Shown piece by piece: positions 1-13,124 of a stretch of DNA of 64,000 bases. The number at the start of each line of letters is the position of its first letter. Within the stretch, counting starts at the first letter, position 1. The stretch is from Octopus bimaculoides (taxonomy: Eukaryota). The stretch covers positions 96,982,039 to 97,046,038 of the forward strand of contig NC_068987.1 in the NCBI RefSeq assembly GCF_001194135.2, written 5' to 3'. The translations under genes and the position numbers were made by a program. The notes under the pieces are model-generated. The model was not told the DNA's origin. It made no database searches and worked only from the letters and a program-made list of their open reading frames with translations.

Positions 1-133
1 GGCTTTTTTTTCCCCCTTCGGGTATAATATATTTAGGATTAAGTAAACCTATTTATCATTTTTCCAGAACTTTAGACTTTGGTTAGAGGGAGATTTCTTT
101 GCTATTCCTAGCAGACTAAGAAACCTTGTATAG

Positions 134-289
134 CAGGCTTGGGCAACCTATTTTGAGGAGCGGGCCGCATGAGGCATGGCTCATTCTGAAGTAGCCTTGA
201 TGATGAATGTCACTAAAAATAGTTTAAGCTAACTTTTCATTAGGAGGGCCGTTCAAAAAGCCCTGTGGTCTAGAGGGTGCCCATGATGT
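134..289. mobile_element. Degenerate hAT-like MITE
   Basis: Imperfect TIRs CAGGCTTGGGCAACCT ... AGGGTGCCCATGATG; TGTATAG repeated on both flanks; internal GCGGGCCGC/GGGCCG motifs typical of hAT MITEs. Confidence 0.45.
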
Positions 290-627
290 GTGTATAGGGC
301 TGCCTCGTTATATCCTTGTAGCGCCGGTTGATGTTTTATCCTCTCTCTCTTGCTTTTTTTGTTCCTGATTAGAAGAATGCTATATGTCAAAGTGCTGCAC
401 TGGTTTTATTCTATTAGCTGACCTTTCCGTGTCACTTGGCTACATAGCTAAGCAGTATTAATTTTCTTAAACTACATTCATGCCATATATATGTCACGCA
501 GCTGTTTAGATGCTTGTAATACAGTAAATGTTCGTGGGATTATTATTTTCATTATTGTTGTTGTTGATTTGGTTCAGGTTCGTTCTTATGCCTGGTAGTT
601 ATTATTATTATTATTATTATTATTATT

Positions 628-848
628 GTTCAGTAGTTTTATTTTTATAACGTGCTTTCACTTCACTACCGAGCGCAGCTCTGTGCGCCTTGTGTATGTG
701 CTGTGGTTTGCTGTGGTGCTCTTATGTTTACTGTATTGAAAGTGTTTTGCGTAGAATGTGTGCAGTACCCAGTAGTGCAATTTTCTGTATGTTATATATA
801 TTTGTAAGTCCTGGTGTTTTTGTTATGTATTTGTCTGAATATTTCGTT
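628..848 (-). mobile_element. R4/Dong-type LINE 3' end (RLE C-terminus + 3'UTR), 5'-truncated
   Basis: Minus strand encodes ...KYITKTPGLTNIYNIQKIALLGTAHILRKTLSIQ*; 3'UTR nearly identical to 39282-39400; runs into (TAA)n at 595-627. Confidence 0.85.
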
Positions 849-911
849 ATTTCCAGGCTTTATATTTGTTTTGCCTTCCTTTTCATTCATATGTTTGTCT
901 GTGGTGTTCTG

Positions 912-959
<48 letters not shown>

Positions 960-1451
960 GAGTGAGNNNNNNNNNNNNNNNNNNNNNNNNNNNNNNNNNN
1001 NNNNNNNNNNNNNNNNNNNNNNNNNNNNNNNNNNNNNNNNNNNNNNNNNNNNNNNNNNNNNNNNNNNNNNNNNNNNNNNNNNNNNNNNNNNNNNNNNNNN
1101 NNNNNNNNNNNNNNNNNNNNNNNNNNNNNNNNNNNNNNNNNNNNNNNNNNNNNNNNNNNNNNNNNNNNNNNNNNNNNNNNNNNNNNNNNNNNNNNNNNNN
1201 NNNNNNNNNNNNNNNNNNNNNNNNNNNNNNNNNNNNNNNNNNNNNNNNNNNNNNNGATCAGAGATGCACATATCGTCAGCCACCAAGGGACATGCTCAAA
1301 TGGTTAAGGTCAAACAACTAACAACCAAATCTGTGGTATTGAGCAGAATATTTGCTGTAGCCCATCTTTTATACCAAGACAAAACAATGTACATGATAAC
1401 ACTTCCAATCAATTAAGACCAGAAGCCATGAGAGCCACTGCCTGGTACTGC
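960..1451 (-). mobile_element. ~570-bp (TAA)n-embedded non-coding element, copy 1 (spans gap)
   Basis: Both ends match copies at 14209, 43862 and 61955; (TTA)n on both flanks. Confidence 0.8.
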
Positions 1452-1522
<71 letters not shown>

Positions 1523-1523
1523 C

Positions 1524-2012
1524 GAGTGAGAGAGCAGCGCGTGCCATCAAAGTGACACTGGGGTAAAATATATGAAGCCCAGTATACCCATCATGACTAC
1601 CCGTGTGATAAGGGTACGTCAGGCATGTGCATCACAACCATATGTGCGCGACATGGTGATCTCATATCAATTTTCTTCAGGTCGAGTAGCCTATCCTGTT
1701 CAAAAGGTCTCTGAATAAGGGTTGTTTAAGGATGTTGAACGAAACACCCATGCTTCCAGAGTTGAATTATTCAAACCCCTAAAAATTCCTCTCAACACAT
1801 AGCTATGATGTTTCCCCACTACTTCTGCTCATGATAAGAGATGCACATATCGTCAGCCACGAAGGGACATGCTCGACCGGTTAAGGTAAAACAACTTATA
1901 AGCAAATCTGTGGGACCGAGCAGAATATTTGTTGTAGTCCATCTTTTATGCCAAAACAAAACATGTCCATGATAACACTGCCAATCAGTTAGGATCAAAA
2001 ACCATGAGAGCC
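1524..2012 (-). mobile_element. ~570-bp (TAA)n-embedded element, copy 2, fused to a SINE 3' half
   Basis: Collinear with 14209-14760 apart from a ~45-bp internal deletion; starts in (TTA)n; ends at GAGAGCC directly against the SINE core at 2016. Confidence 0.85.
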
Positions 2013-2015
2013 TAC

Positions 2016-2132
2016 GTCGACTTTGCCTTTCATCCTTTCGGAGTCGATAAATTAAAAACCAGTGAAATACTGGGGTCGATGTAATCGACTAGTCTCCTCC
2101 CAACAAATTTGAGGCCTTGTGCCTCCAGTAGA

Positions 2133-2136
<4 letters not shown>
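2016..2136 (+). mobile_element. tRNA-derived SINE family A, 3' half
   Basis: Conserved core GTCGACTTTGCCTTTCATCCTTTCGG.GTCGATAAATTAA..ACCAG shared by >20 copies in the window (resembles, from memory, a Meta-type SINE central domain); (TTA)n tail. Confidence 0.8.
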
Positions 2137-2210
<74 letters not shown>

Positions 2211-2524
2211 CAATTTTTAAAGTGTCAGCGGAAACAAATAGGGGAAGTTAAGTGTCGATCTTCCAATCATGACGTATAATTGCAACCACATTCCATACAG
2301 AAACATACAGACAAATACGCGCATGCATACACACAAACGCATATAAATACTGTTAGACACAAACATTCACATATTAGCTTTGGATGATAATGGTTATGTT
2401 CTGGAATTTCTTTACTCCAAGCGTTGTCCGTATGTAACCGCACAATTAGCGTTATTTATCGCTACTGCTGCCTGATATGCTAATGATTCTGCCAGCTCAC
2501 CGCCTCAACAACAACATTAATATT

Positions 2525-2736
2525 GATTTCAAATTTTGGCACAAGACCAGCAATTTTGGAGAAGGGGGTAAATCAATTACATCGACCCCAGTACTCAACT
2601 AGTATTTATTTCATCGATCCCGAGAGGATAAAGGGCAAAGTCGACCTCGGCGGAATTTGAGCTCAGAACACAAAGACAAACGAAATGCCGCAAAGCATTT
2701 GGCCCAGCGTGCTAACAACTCAATCAGCTCACCGCC
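2525..2736 (-). mobile_element. SINE family A, full length
   Basis: Reverse complement of head GGCGGTGAGCTG...GAGTTCAAATTCCGCCGAGGTCGAC, core and tail. Confidence 0.85.
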
Positions 2737-3008
2737 TTCAACAACAGCACTAATATTCAATAGTACTAATATTAACACGGCGACCACAAGAATAGTACTG
2801 AAACAAATACTATTCATCACAGCTCTAACACACTATTGTTACTGCAATGACATTTAGACGAACATTACCGTCACAGCAAGAACCACACGATCCGTTACAA
2901 ATATAACAGTAACCACTTAGTGGTTACACAAAAAGCCACTTAACCTTAGGTTTCCGCTTAAACTGAGATTCATTTCCAGCAAATACATGCATGCACACTT
3001 ATAAATAG

Positions 3009-3042
<34 letters not shown>

Positions 3043-3059
3043 TATATATAATACAGTCG

Positions 3060-3212
3060 GCATGATTGACCGCTAACTCTAAAAGCTTTTTTTAAATTCT
3101 GTCTCTGTTTATTTCCTGGTGTTCCTTTCTGTTGAAGAGCGTTGGCTCGAAACGTAAACGACTTCCTCACTTTCCCGAGCGTCAAATTAATGCACCTGCT
3201 TGTTGTTTATAC
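3060..3212 (+). mobile_element. Penelope-like pseudo-LTR fragment with hammerhead-like motif
   Basis: CTTTCTGTTGAAGAGCGTTGGCTCGAAACGTAAA; homologous to inverted copy 3445-3720 and to 18335-18470. Confidence 0.55.
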
Positions 3213-3444
3213 NNNNNNNNNNNNNNNNNNNNNNNNNNNNNNNNNNNNNNNNNNNNNNNNNNNNNNNNNNNNNNNNNNNNNNNNNNNNNNNNNNNNNNNN
3301 NNNNNNNNNNNNNNNNNNNNNNNNNNNNNNNNNNNNNNNNNNNNNNNNNNNNNNNNNNNNNNNNNNNNNNNNNNNNNNNNNNNNNNNNNNNNNNNNNNNN
3401 NNNNNNNNNNNNNNNNNNNNTATATATATATATATATTTATATG

Positions 3445-3720
3445 GGAGAATTTACGATAAAAAAAGACAACAGACGGAGACAGGTGATGCAAACAACAAA
3501 TGGATGTATGAGTATAACGCTCGGGAATAGAGAGAGTCTTTGACGTTTCGAGCCTACGCTCTTCAACTGAAAGGAAAACAGAAAGAAATAAGGAGAGAAA
3601 AAAATATAAATGTAGTGGTCAGCGATCTATCATGGCGAATGCCGGACAGAATGATCACACAGGAGAGCTAAGAAAAAGGGGAGATAACAAAGATGTGGTG
3701 AATCCAAGACGAGTGTGTGT
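3445..3720 (-). mobile_element. Penelope-like pseudo-LTR fragment, inverted relative to 3060-3212
   Basis: Reverse complement contains CCTTTCAGTTGAAGAGCGTAGGCTCGAAACGTCAAAGAC plus homologous downstream sequence. Confidence 0.55.
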
Positions 3721-4277
3721 GAGAGAATGCTGGTGATCTTAACGTATGTATGTGTGTATGTAGGTGTGAGGGTGTGAAAATGTGGGGAAGGGAATTGTAC
3801 ACACTTACACACATACGCGCGCACGCACACACACACACACACTTAATGAGAGAAAAGAACATAGGCTTGAATTCGGTATACATTTATTTCATCTGTTACA
3901 TACGTTTCAGTGCTCGGTAATACAAATTGTCATACAGGAGATGCAGTCATAAATGCAACACGTATAATCATTCCGAGCGCTTCTTCAGACAGACAAATGA
4001 GAAATACAAGTCAGAAACATACAACAAGAGTATTTAGATACCCGATAGGTAGAAGGCCAGTGGGGAGAGGGGAAGAGGAGGGGAGGTTGAGTGTGATCAC
4101 GGCCCTCACAAACCACAAACGTCGACTGGTACTAATGAAAATCGAGGTCAACAGCCGGTCTAAATGTGGGGACATGAATCACACTTATGTGACGTAATGA
4201 GAGGAAAAGACAGGCGAGCGAGTAGAAAATACGAGTAGGTGGCCGGCAAGATATTTTAGGGATCACAAACAAAAGAC

Positions 4278-4360
4278 TGCACACACACACACGCACACAC
4301 GTGCACACACGCACACACGTGCACACACGCACACACGTGCACACACGCACACACACGCAC
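4278..4360. repeat. 18-bp minisatellite (CACACACGCACACACGTG) x~4
   Basis: Direct tandem units visible. Confidence 0.8.
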
Positions 4361-4739
4361 GTAATGAGTCCAACAAAATATATTTGTTTCTTCCTGAGGT
4401 ACGTCAAGGACTAAATTATGAAATGAAGGACGGATTCTCAAACAGAAATTTAAACAAAACAGATACACAAAAAACAAACAAACTAAGCAGCATTACCGGT
4501 AGATACAAAGCAGTGAGTTTGAAATGGGGGGAGCTTATGGGATAGTAGGGGGTAGATGTTTTGGTTTTGATGATAATGTTGGTGAAGATGACAATGGTGA
4601 TAATGGAATCATTATGGTGGTGACGCTACTATCTGCACAACCACCATCTTCACCTGTATGTTCATCGTCAGCACCGTCTTCACACACACCGCCACTATCG
4701 CACCTATATACACCCTTTTCATAACCCTCATCACCTGCT

Positions 4740-5011
4740 GCATCATCATGATCGTCGACGTTATCGTCATCATCGTTACCACCACCACCGCAACCATCAC
4801 CACCGCCAATGTCATCATCACCGTCGTCGCCATCATCATCATCATCTTCACCATCACCATCATCATCATCATCATCATCACCACCATCACCATCATCATC
4901 ATCATCATCATCATCATCACCACCATCACCATCATCACCACCATCACCATCATCATCATCATCATCATCATCATCACCACCATCACCATCATCATCATCA
5001 TCATCACCACC

Positions 5012-5045
<34 letters not shown>

Positions 5046-5100
5046 TCATCATCATTATCATCGCCACCACCACCACCACCACCATCATCATAATCATCAT
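4740..5100. repeat. Compound (CAT)n/(CAC)n microsatellite with decaying flanks
   Basis: Direct inspection; explains the poly-I/T/M/S ORFs. Confidence 0.9.
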
Positions 5101-7224
5101 CGATCCATCTACTTTAGCACACTCCCCATTCATCGCCATCACTCCGTCACTCCACTCTACCCTGCCATTACCACCACAACCATCATCACCACTATATCAA
5201 CCCGCGTCGTCACCACGCCCTCTTTTACTTGTTCCAGCATCCACCATCACCGACGCCACCTGAACACCATCATCACCACTGTTATCTTCAATGTTATCTT
5301 CAATGTTATCTACATATACATCGCCATCACCAGCAACACGCAAGACTCGCAACCACCACCATCTCCAGCAACATCGCAGTCCTGTTTTATCACTGATGTC
5401 ATCTTCACCAACCTCTACATCAACATCACAACCACGGCTCCACATATAAACCCCATCCGTCCCCAAATCCCCTTCCTCCACTTTCATCTGCCGCTATGGT
5501 TATCTTTCTGCTCTTGTGTATATCTGTCCTTTTGTCTAGATTTCTTTATATGAGCGTCCTTCTTTCATTTGATAAATTAGCTCCTGATGTTCCCCCTGTG
5601 GTATCATACATATATGCACACGTATGAATGTANNNNNNNNNNNNNNNNNNNNNNNNNNNNNNNNNNNNNNNNNNNNNNNNNNNNNNNNNNNNNNNNNNNN
5701 NNNNNNNNNNNNNNNNNNNNNNNNNNNNNNNNNNNNNNNNNNNNNNNNNNNNNNNNNNNNNNNNNNNNNNNNNNNNNNNNNNNNNNNNNNNNNNNNNNNN
5801 NNNNNNNNNNNNNNNNNNNNNNNNNNNNNNNNNNNNNNNNNNNNNNNNNNNNNNNNNNNNNNNNNNNNNNNNNNNNNNNNNNNNNNNNNNNNNNNNNNNN
5901 NNNNNNNNNNNNNNNNNNNNNNNNNNNNNNNNNNNNNNNNNNNNNNNNNNNNNNNNNNNNNNNNNNNNNNNNNNNNNNNNNNNNNNNNNNNNNNNNNNNN
6001 NNNNNNNNNNNNNNNNNNNNNNNNNNNNNNNNNNNNNNNNNNNNNNNNNNNNNNNNNNNNNNNNNNNNNNNNNNNNNNNNNNNNNNNNNNNNNNNNNNNN
6101 NNNNNNNNNNNNNNNNNNNNNNNNNNNNNNNNNNNNNNNNNNNNNNNNNNNNNNNNNNNNNNNNNNNNNNNNNNNNNNNNNNNNNNNNNNNNNNNNNNNN
6201 NNNNNNNNNNNNNNNNNNNNNNNNNNNNNNNNNNNNNNNNNNNNNNNNNNNNNNNNNNNNNNNNNNNNNNNNNNNNNNNNNNNNNNNNNNNNNNNNNNNN
6301 NNNNNNNNNNNNNNNNNNNNNNNNNNNNNNNNNNNNNNNNNNNNNNNNNNNNNNNNNNNNNNNNNNNNNNNNNNNNNNNNNNNNNNNNNNNNNNNNNNNN
6401 NNNNNNNNNNNNNNNNNNNNNNNNNNNNNNNNNNNNNNNNNNNNNNNNNNNNNNNNNNNNNNNNNNNNNNNNNNNNNNNNNNNNNNNNNNNNNNNNNNNN
6501 NNNNNNNNNNNNNNNNNNNNNNNNNNTATATAAGACACTTACATTCAGTTATACAGAATATTTGATTTAAACAAACAACGGTCGTCGAATTCGAGGTTGA
6601 CTTAACTATAAGCATGCACTTTGCTTTCTTACTTTCACTACTTTATGAGATCCCAAGCAAACACGGAACCCCTCCTTTGTCTCGTCCCTCCCCACGATCT
6701 ATCCAGTGAAATATATGCAGCGTGAGAATTTTTTAGAGAGGAGGCAGCACCAACAATAGGTTGGTAGTCCATTTGTCAACTGAGTAAGGATGAAAAATGA
6801 AGTTGCACTCGATGGAATTTGAACTCAGAGAGCAGAAAGCCGAAGTAAATATTGCGAAGCGTTTCATTCGAGGCTCTGACGGGTTTACCAATCGACCGTA
6901 CTAAGATAAAGGTTTACGAAGCAATAAGCATTTCACAAGGGTCATATGCACCTTGCTGCTTAGATGTCCAAATGAACCAAAACAGATTTTCCATCACAGA
7001 AACGTGATATTCTTAACTGAAACTTAAAACCTATTGCGTAGTTGCTTCGACCTGTTTCATGTAGTATTTAAATCTCTAGGATATATCCGGTAATTTAGTA
7101 CATGAATGTAGGATATAGTATATCTGGAACAAAAAAAAGACAAAAAAAAAATAGTAATTCCGAGCTGGAATGCGTTTGATTATAGGTCAGCCGAATCAGA
7201 GTCGACATTGGGCTAAATAATATC

Positions 7225-7390
7225 GTCATCATCATCATCATCATCTTCGTCGTCGTGGTCGTCAAGAAGAACAACAGCAGCAGCAGCAGCAGCAACAACA
7301 ACAACAACAACAACAACAACAGCAATAGCAGCATCAGGAGAACAACGAAAGCAAGAACAACACGAACAACAACAGCAACAAAAAGCAACA
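7225..7390. repeat. Compound (CAT)(CGT)(CAG)(CAA) trinucleotide repeat
   Basis: Direct inspection. Confidence 0.85.
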
Positions 7391-7871
7391 AAGTCACCCC
7401 TAAATATTTATATTTGTATATAGATTCCTTAGTTACTATAATTTATTAGTTTCTTTTGCATATTCTTAGTTTATGTACGTGCATGCAAATATAGTATTGG
7501 CATATCTCATTTATGTTCATTAGAAATTAAATAAATAAAAAATTTTGACATGTACGAATATTTATTTCCCCCCCACTCTCTATATATATAAACATATATA
7601 TAGACATATACATNNNNNNNNNNNNNNNNNNNNNNNNNNNNNNNNNNNNNNNNNNNNNNNNNNNNNNNNNNNNNNNNNNNNNNNNNNNNNNNNNNNNNNN
7701 NNNNNNNNNNNNNNNNNNNNNNNNNNNNNNNNNNNNNNNNNNNNNNNNNNNNNNNNNNNNNNNNNNNNNNNNNNNNNNNNNNNNNNNNNNNNNNNNNNNN
7801 NNNNNNNNNNNNNNNNNNNNNNNNNNNNNNNNNNNNNNNNNNNNNNNNNNNNNNNNNNNNNNNNNNNNNNN

Positions 7872-7906
<35 letters not shown>

Positions 7907-8589
7907 ATGCATTAATATGTGCTTGCCTGTGTTTGTCACTTGGCAACCGGTGTTAGATTGTTTATGTCCCCGTAATCTACCGTTTCGGCTAACCCGACAA
8001 GGCTGTGCTCCACCGTTTCCTGCCGTCCAATGAGCGAAATAAGTAAAAACAATAAGTCTATTCCAGCCATAGACATTTAGTCTTCCTTCACACTGTCACT
8101 TGACATACGAGTAGTGTGTCGAGGACCACATTATCCAATGCATGTTTGCACTCTTAAAGCTGTTGAGATGTGATTGAAGGAAAATGCTGGAGCTATTTCT
8201 AGCGGACTAATCTAGACTCCTCCGTTGGTTCAAATAAGCGCGTGATTTCCCAGTTTGCTCCTTATGATTTGTTGACTAATGACACTACTACATTGGGTGG
8301 AGTTGCAAGCATAGTTGTAATCTACTACTAATGGAATGTATTAGAACATATGTAACAGATCAGGCTACCCGTTATCTCAAAATATCACTCGTTTTTGTTT
8401 TTGTTTCTATATTTTTCATAATACGCTCAAAAATATGTTTATTTAAAGTTTTCAAAACAAAGAACAATTTTTCCTAATATTACAAGACTGTATATTTATA
8501 GGGAAAGAGTATAGTTATTGCTGATTAAATGTTACTAATTTCATTGAGCCAAAGTTAACCAATGCAAGATTTTTTAAATTTTTATCTAG

Positions 8590-8741
8590 GATGGTATAGA
8601 GAACAGTTTAAAAGTGGAATAAATTTGTTTGAAAAATCTTATATTCAAACGAGAGATCATTTGCCCGGTGACTTGCCGGTCTCTCAACCTTCTACCGCAA
8701 TAAGAATTTCGAGTATAGGCACAAAAACACAGATTTTAATG
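8590..8741 (+). CDS. Candidate internal exon, unknown product (GWYREQFKSGINLFEKSYIQTRDHLPGDLPVSQPSTAIRISSIGTKTQILM)
   Basis: Acceptor TTTTTATCTAG|G, donor ATG|GTGAGA, open frame, non-repetitive sequence; phase 1 to 0. No homology recognised. Confidence 0.35.
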
Positions 8742-9914
8742 GTGAGATTAGTAATCGTCTTGTATTCCTTTTATTTATCAGCTCTTAGAAAAATAAATCA
8801 AAGTCGACTCTAAAGAGATTTCAATTCAAAACTTCGTGATACAACTAAAATACTACGAACTTTATGTCTAAAACTCTACCGATTCTGCTGCAGTTGAATA
8901 CTACTCGTTATGTGACCACGTTAACGGAGCACAAACTAGATTAACGAAAACAGTATCATTTGGTTCAAGATTAAAAAAAGAATGCAATGCGTACTTCAAA
9001 TTTGATGCATAAAATGAATGAAAAATAGAGCATGAAAAATTCTGGATCGCCTGAAATAAACATTACAGTATCTGATGAGAATGATAGTAATCCAAATGAA
9101 TAGCCAAATTTTATACCTTCGTTGCCCACAAATAAAACATAAGCGAAAGTGGACACGAGTGGAATACGTTCCTGTAACTATTCTTTACCTTCCAATATAA
9201 GACTGTTATAAAATTATATATATATTCTGCAGTGAAAATAACTCTAATCTGAAAGTAAACTCGAATCTCTGTAGACTATCAGATTAAAGATGTATTCTTA
9301 AATCAGCTAAAAAGGTGTAAGTATCAAACTAGAAAAAAAAAAAAGATTGCGGGTCGATTTGTTTGACTAAACCCTTCAAGGTGGTGCTCCAATATGGTTG
9401 CAGTCCAATGACTGAAGCAAAAAGAAAAGAAGAAAAAAAGAAAGATACATACAAACAAAAATACAAAATACAACAAAACAAACAAAAAAATACAAGCATA
9501 AACAAAAGAAATATCAACACACAACATCAAAGCTAAAATTACCTATATAATATTGATAAAAAAAACCTAACCAGTACTAAATATGAATAAATGTGAATGT
9601 GAGGCAGATTTACCAATAGAAACTTTCAATGCGGATAATTCTAGATATGACAATAAACTAAAAGTAGGTATAGTTAAATAATTAAATTCAATCGAAGAGC
9701 TCCGCATTGACTAACAAAGGATTCAACCAAATGACCCAGCGACTACAAAAGAATGCGAACTAAGTTATAGTAGATTTACTGGTAATATATGTGAACATTA
9801 TTGAAAACGGGATAAATTAAAATTATTTATGCAGCCGTCAAAGTAGTCACCAAACAAAAACGGTTACTCATCAAAAGTTCTCACGTAGAAACATGTTTAC
9901 CGAATGAAACAACT

Positions 9915-10110
9915 TCTATGTGGTTGTTCAAACAGTTAGAAATTGCAGCTAAATCTTCCTTACAGTTAAAAAAAATATATGTGGACACATATTAGATAAT
10001 GTAGTCAAAGATATCTCATCCATTAAAAAGACCTGGTGGTCGCTCATGGAATGCCTAAAATGAAAACTTTGATCAATCAACTTTTAGCCTAAATCTTAAG
10101 AACAATGTTG
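9915..10110 (+). mobile_element. SINE-like tail repeat (CTAGAAATAGCAGCCAAATCT family)
   Basis: Related degenerate copies at ~8100-8215(-), 20120-20290(-), 21945-22130, 26470-26640, 44790-44945, 62820-62860. Confidence 0.55.
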
Positions 10111-10752
10111 AATCGGAAAAAAAAAAATCAAACAAAAATGGAAAATAAAACGTAAAGAGCTTTTAATTCTTAATGAAATCAATAAAAAGAAACAAATGAA
10201 ATCCAGCGTGCCAGTAAAAAACAAAAAAAAAAGAAAGAAAGAAAGAAAAAGAGTATTATAATTTGCTTGAAGCATTACAAAGTGTAAAAGATATAAATGT
10301 TTTAAAGAGCTTTCGTGTAATGCAGGTGAGAATTTAGGAAAAATATGTAAGCTGATATCAATCAGTTAATAAAAACAGAGAGTGTTATATTACCTTACAT
10401 AAGTTGTTTAACATTTCTATAACATTTCGGGAAAGACTCCCCTTATCAAATATAACAAAGAAAATAATCCAAGAGTCCGGAGAAACGTTTTGTTATTGTC
10501 AGGAAATTATGGTGTGTTGTGTATTAAGTATTGAAATCAAAGACCGTCGATCAGAAGAAATTCTCCTTATATTGCCAAGAGTCCATCGATAGGAAAAATG
10601 ATAACAACACTTAAAATAGAAATAACAGTGAATTCGCCTTCAACCCCCACCAAACAATTTTATCAAGAACTTGGCAAAAGAGATATAGAAGAGTTTGAGG
10701 GAGGAATATGAGTAGAGAATGGATGGCTACGGAGGAAGCAGAGGAAATTGGC

Positions 10753-11880
10753 ATGAAATTCAGTTAGAGTAAAATCAACACTAATGGGAGAGAAATTAGT
10801 AAAAATATCCGCAGATATCATGTTAGATAATGGAATAGAGATAAGAGATTTAGAACGAAGCTGAGACTTACAAATAGTTGGAAATTAATGATCTAGACAG
10901 AGTAAAAGGCACACACAAGAGTACGCGCATACGTACGCATGAAAATGTTAGAAAGGGATATTATAGGCACATAAATACTTGAAACTAAATGTTAGAAAAA
11001 AGCCCAAAAATAAATAAGCCAAAAACCAAAAGCATGTATTATTAAATAACACACACATACACATATGCATACATACAAGAATAAATTACAGTTTTAATGC
11101 TCTCAACTGGAAGTTGAATGAACAAAACTAGATGGGAAAACGAAAAAGAAACAAATAACACGTCTGCATTTAGAGTACATTAGCCAAAAACTAACACAAA
11201 AAGATTATAATCACTCCAAATACAAAGCGGTATGGTTACATTATTATAAAATATCTATCGTTGAACTATTAAACAAATATCAAGTAAAAAATTAAGGGAA
11301 GCAGACACATATAATAACAACAACAACAAATAATAATAAATGGAACAAAACAAAACAAAAATATTAAAAAAAATGTCTGTTTTCTCTCTAAAGATGCCAA
11401 CAAATGCAGAACAGTGGCTAAGGTAACAAGTAGACGTGAGATGAGCGGAAAAACAGCAATAGAAACTATTAAAAAAAAACGATTGAGAGGGGGATTAAAG
11501 AAGTTGCTGGAAAAACTCAAGATGGCTAATAAACAAGACTAAGTGGAGAGTAAATGCATAAAGAAAAGACCCAGTACTGTTGAGAAACGAGAAACTCAAA
11601 GCTGAAACTAACTGATCATTTTTGCTTTTCATTGTGATGTAGGATCAATGTGATCCCACCACAAACTACCAAAAACGTAAAATGAAATAAACAGTATTTG
11701 GAGATTGTGTGGAATCCGCGAGGAAACAATCAATCTCTTTGCTTTCTGTCCGCACAATTTTAGCCAAAATAGAATATATGAATATTCTTTGACAGAGTTA
11801 GAGTTTTCGTTTACTGGAAACGATGCTTGCTTTATGAACATCTTCAGGAAAAAGGATCCTACGAACAAACTATAAAAGGT
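10753..11880 (+). pseudogene. Old, heavily degenerate R4/Dong LINE (RT C-terminal part to Zn knuckle)
   Basis: Frameshifted segments MKFS..KLVKISADIMLDNGIEIRDLE..ETYK, LRNEKLKAET and CGIREETIN..CP align with the younger Dong copy at 42533-43224. Confidence 0.65.
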
Positions 11881-12110
11881 TTAAGAAAATGACGCGAAGT
11901 TGCTAGACTTTGGTACATACTGATTCATACAGACAAATAGATTGAGTCTCACAGACAGTAATATTTACTTCATTTAGTCATAATGTCAAGATATATCAAT
12001 GATGTACTTTTTTTCAGATCGGCCGAGAATAAACATTTTTTATTTCAAAGAATTTTTATATTCAGGTTTAAATGAAAAACCATTAGAGAATTACGCTTAT
12101 GAAAGAGAGA

Positions 12111-12146
<36 letters not shown>

Positions 12147-12508
12147 GAAAGAGAGAGACAAAAGATCATCCCTTTATAGAGTCTTCCAGTTTAATGAAAT
12201 GCCTGATGCCATAAGACCTCGGAGATTTTTTTTAAAATTAACATAGCACAATGTATAGCAACCATATTGTTTCTGCGTATAATGTTGATTTGTGATAAGT
12301 AAACTCCTTTATAAAATGAAAGAGATCCCTTTATAAAATTTCTTTTTTTATTAAAAAATTTCTTTCTTTATTAAAAATTTCCTTGTAAGTTGTACTCCAG
12401 CATGACTGCATTCCAATGATTGAAGTAACTTACAATTCCTCGAATTTTTTCTTCGATTCTGTCGGACATCTATGAGCATGAAGTCAATCAGATCTGGAGT
12501 AATGTTGG

Positions 12509-12937
12509 TCTCAAATTTTAGCACGAGGCCAACAATTTCGGGAGAGGGTGTAAGTCCATTACATTGTCCTGGTATTTATTTTGTCGATTCCGAGTTGATG
12601 AAAAGCAAAGTCAATCTCGGCGGAATTTGAACTCAGAACGTATAGACGGACAAAATGCTCTAAAGCATTTTGCTTGGCGCCGTAAAGATTTTGCAAGCTC
12701 TCTACCTTGAGTTGGAGTAATATCGATTTCAAATTTTGGCACAAGGTCAGTAATTTTATGGGAGGGAGTAAGTCGGTTACATTGACCCCAGTGCTTGACT
12801 GGTACTTATTTTATCAATCGTGGGAGGATGAAAAGCAAAGTCGACGTTGGCGGAAGTTGAACTTAGAACGTGAAGAAAGACGATAAGCTGTTAAGGATTT
12901 TGCCTGGCGCGGAAACGACTCTGCCAGCTCGTCACCT
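12509..12937 (-). mobile_element. Two tandem SINE family A copies (12509-12705, 12723-12937)
   Basis: Reverse-complement core and head in both. Confidence 0.8.
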
Positions 12938-13124
12938 TCAGGAAGGTGTAATATTGGTTGTAATAGAATATTTCTTTATACAATAATGATCTATCTATTC
13001 AATCTTAATATCTTGAAGCTGATTCAAACATATAAATTTGATCGGAGTTCGTTTTCGCCAACGGAGAATACATTCTTCCTTTACACGAAATAACACCCAC
13101 AAACAAATTTACCAGTGTAAGAGG

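Noticed and set aside
4612-5263. Poly-Met/Ile/Thr/Ser ORFs, and similar VC/HT/YI/RE/N-rich ORFs throughout
   Set aside because: Translations of microsatellites.
12370-12500. Exon-like MSDRIEEKIRGI|GTAAGT on the minus strand
   Set aside because: An overlapping frame (LIDFMLID..RNCKLLQSLEC) looks more like a decayed LINE endonuclease C-terminus; neither reading is well supported.
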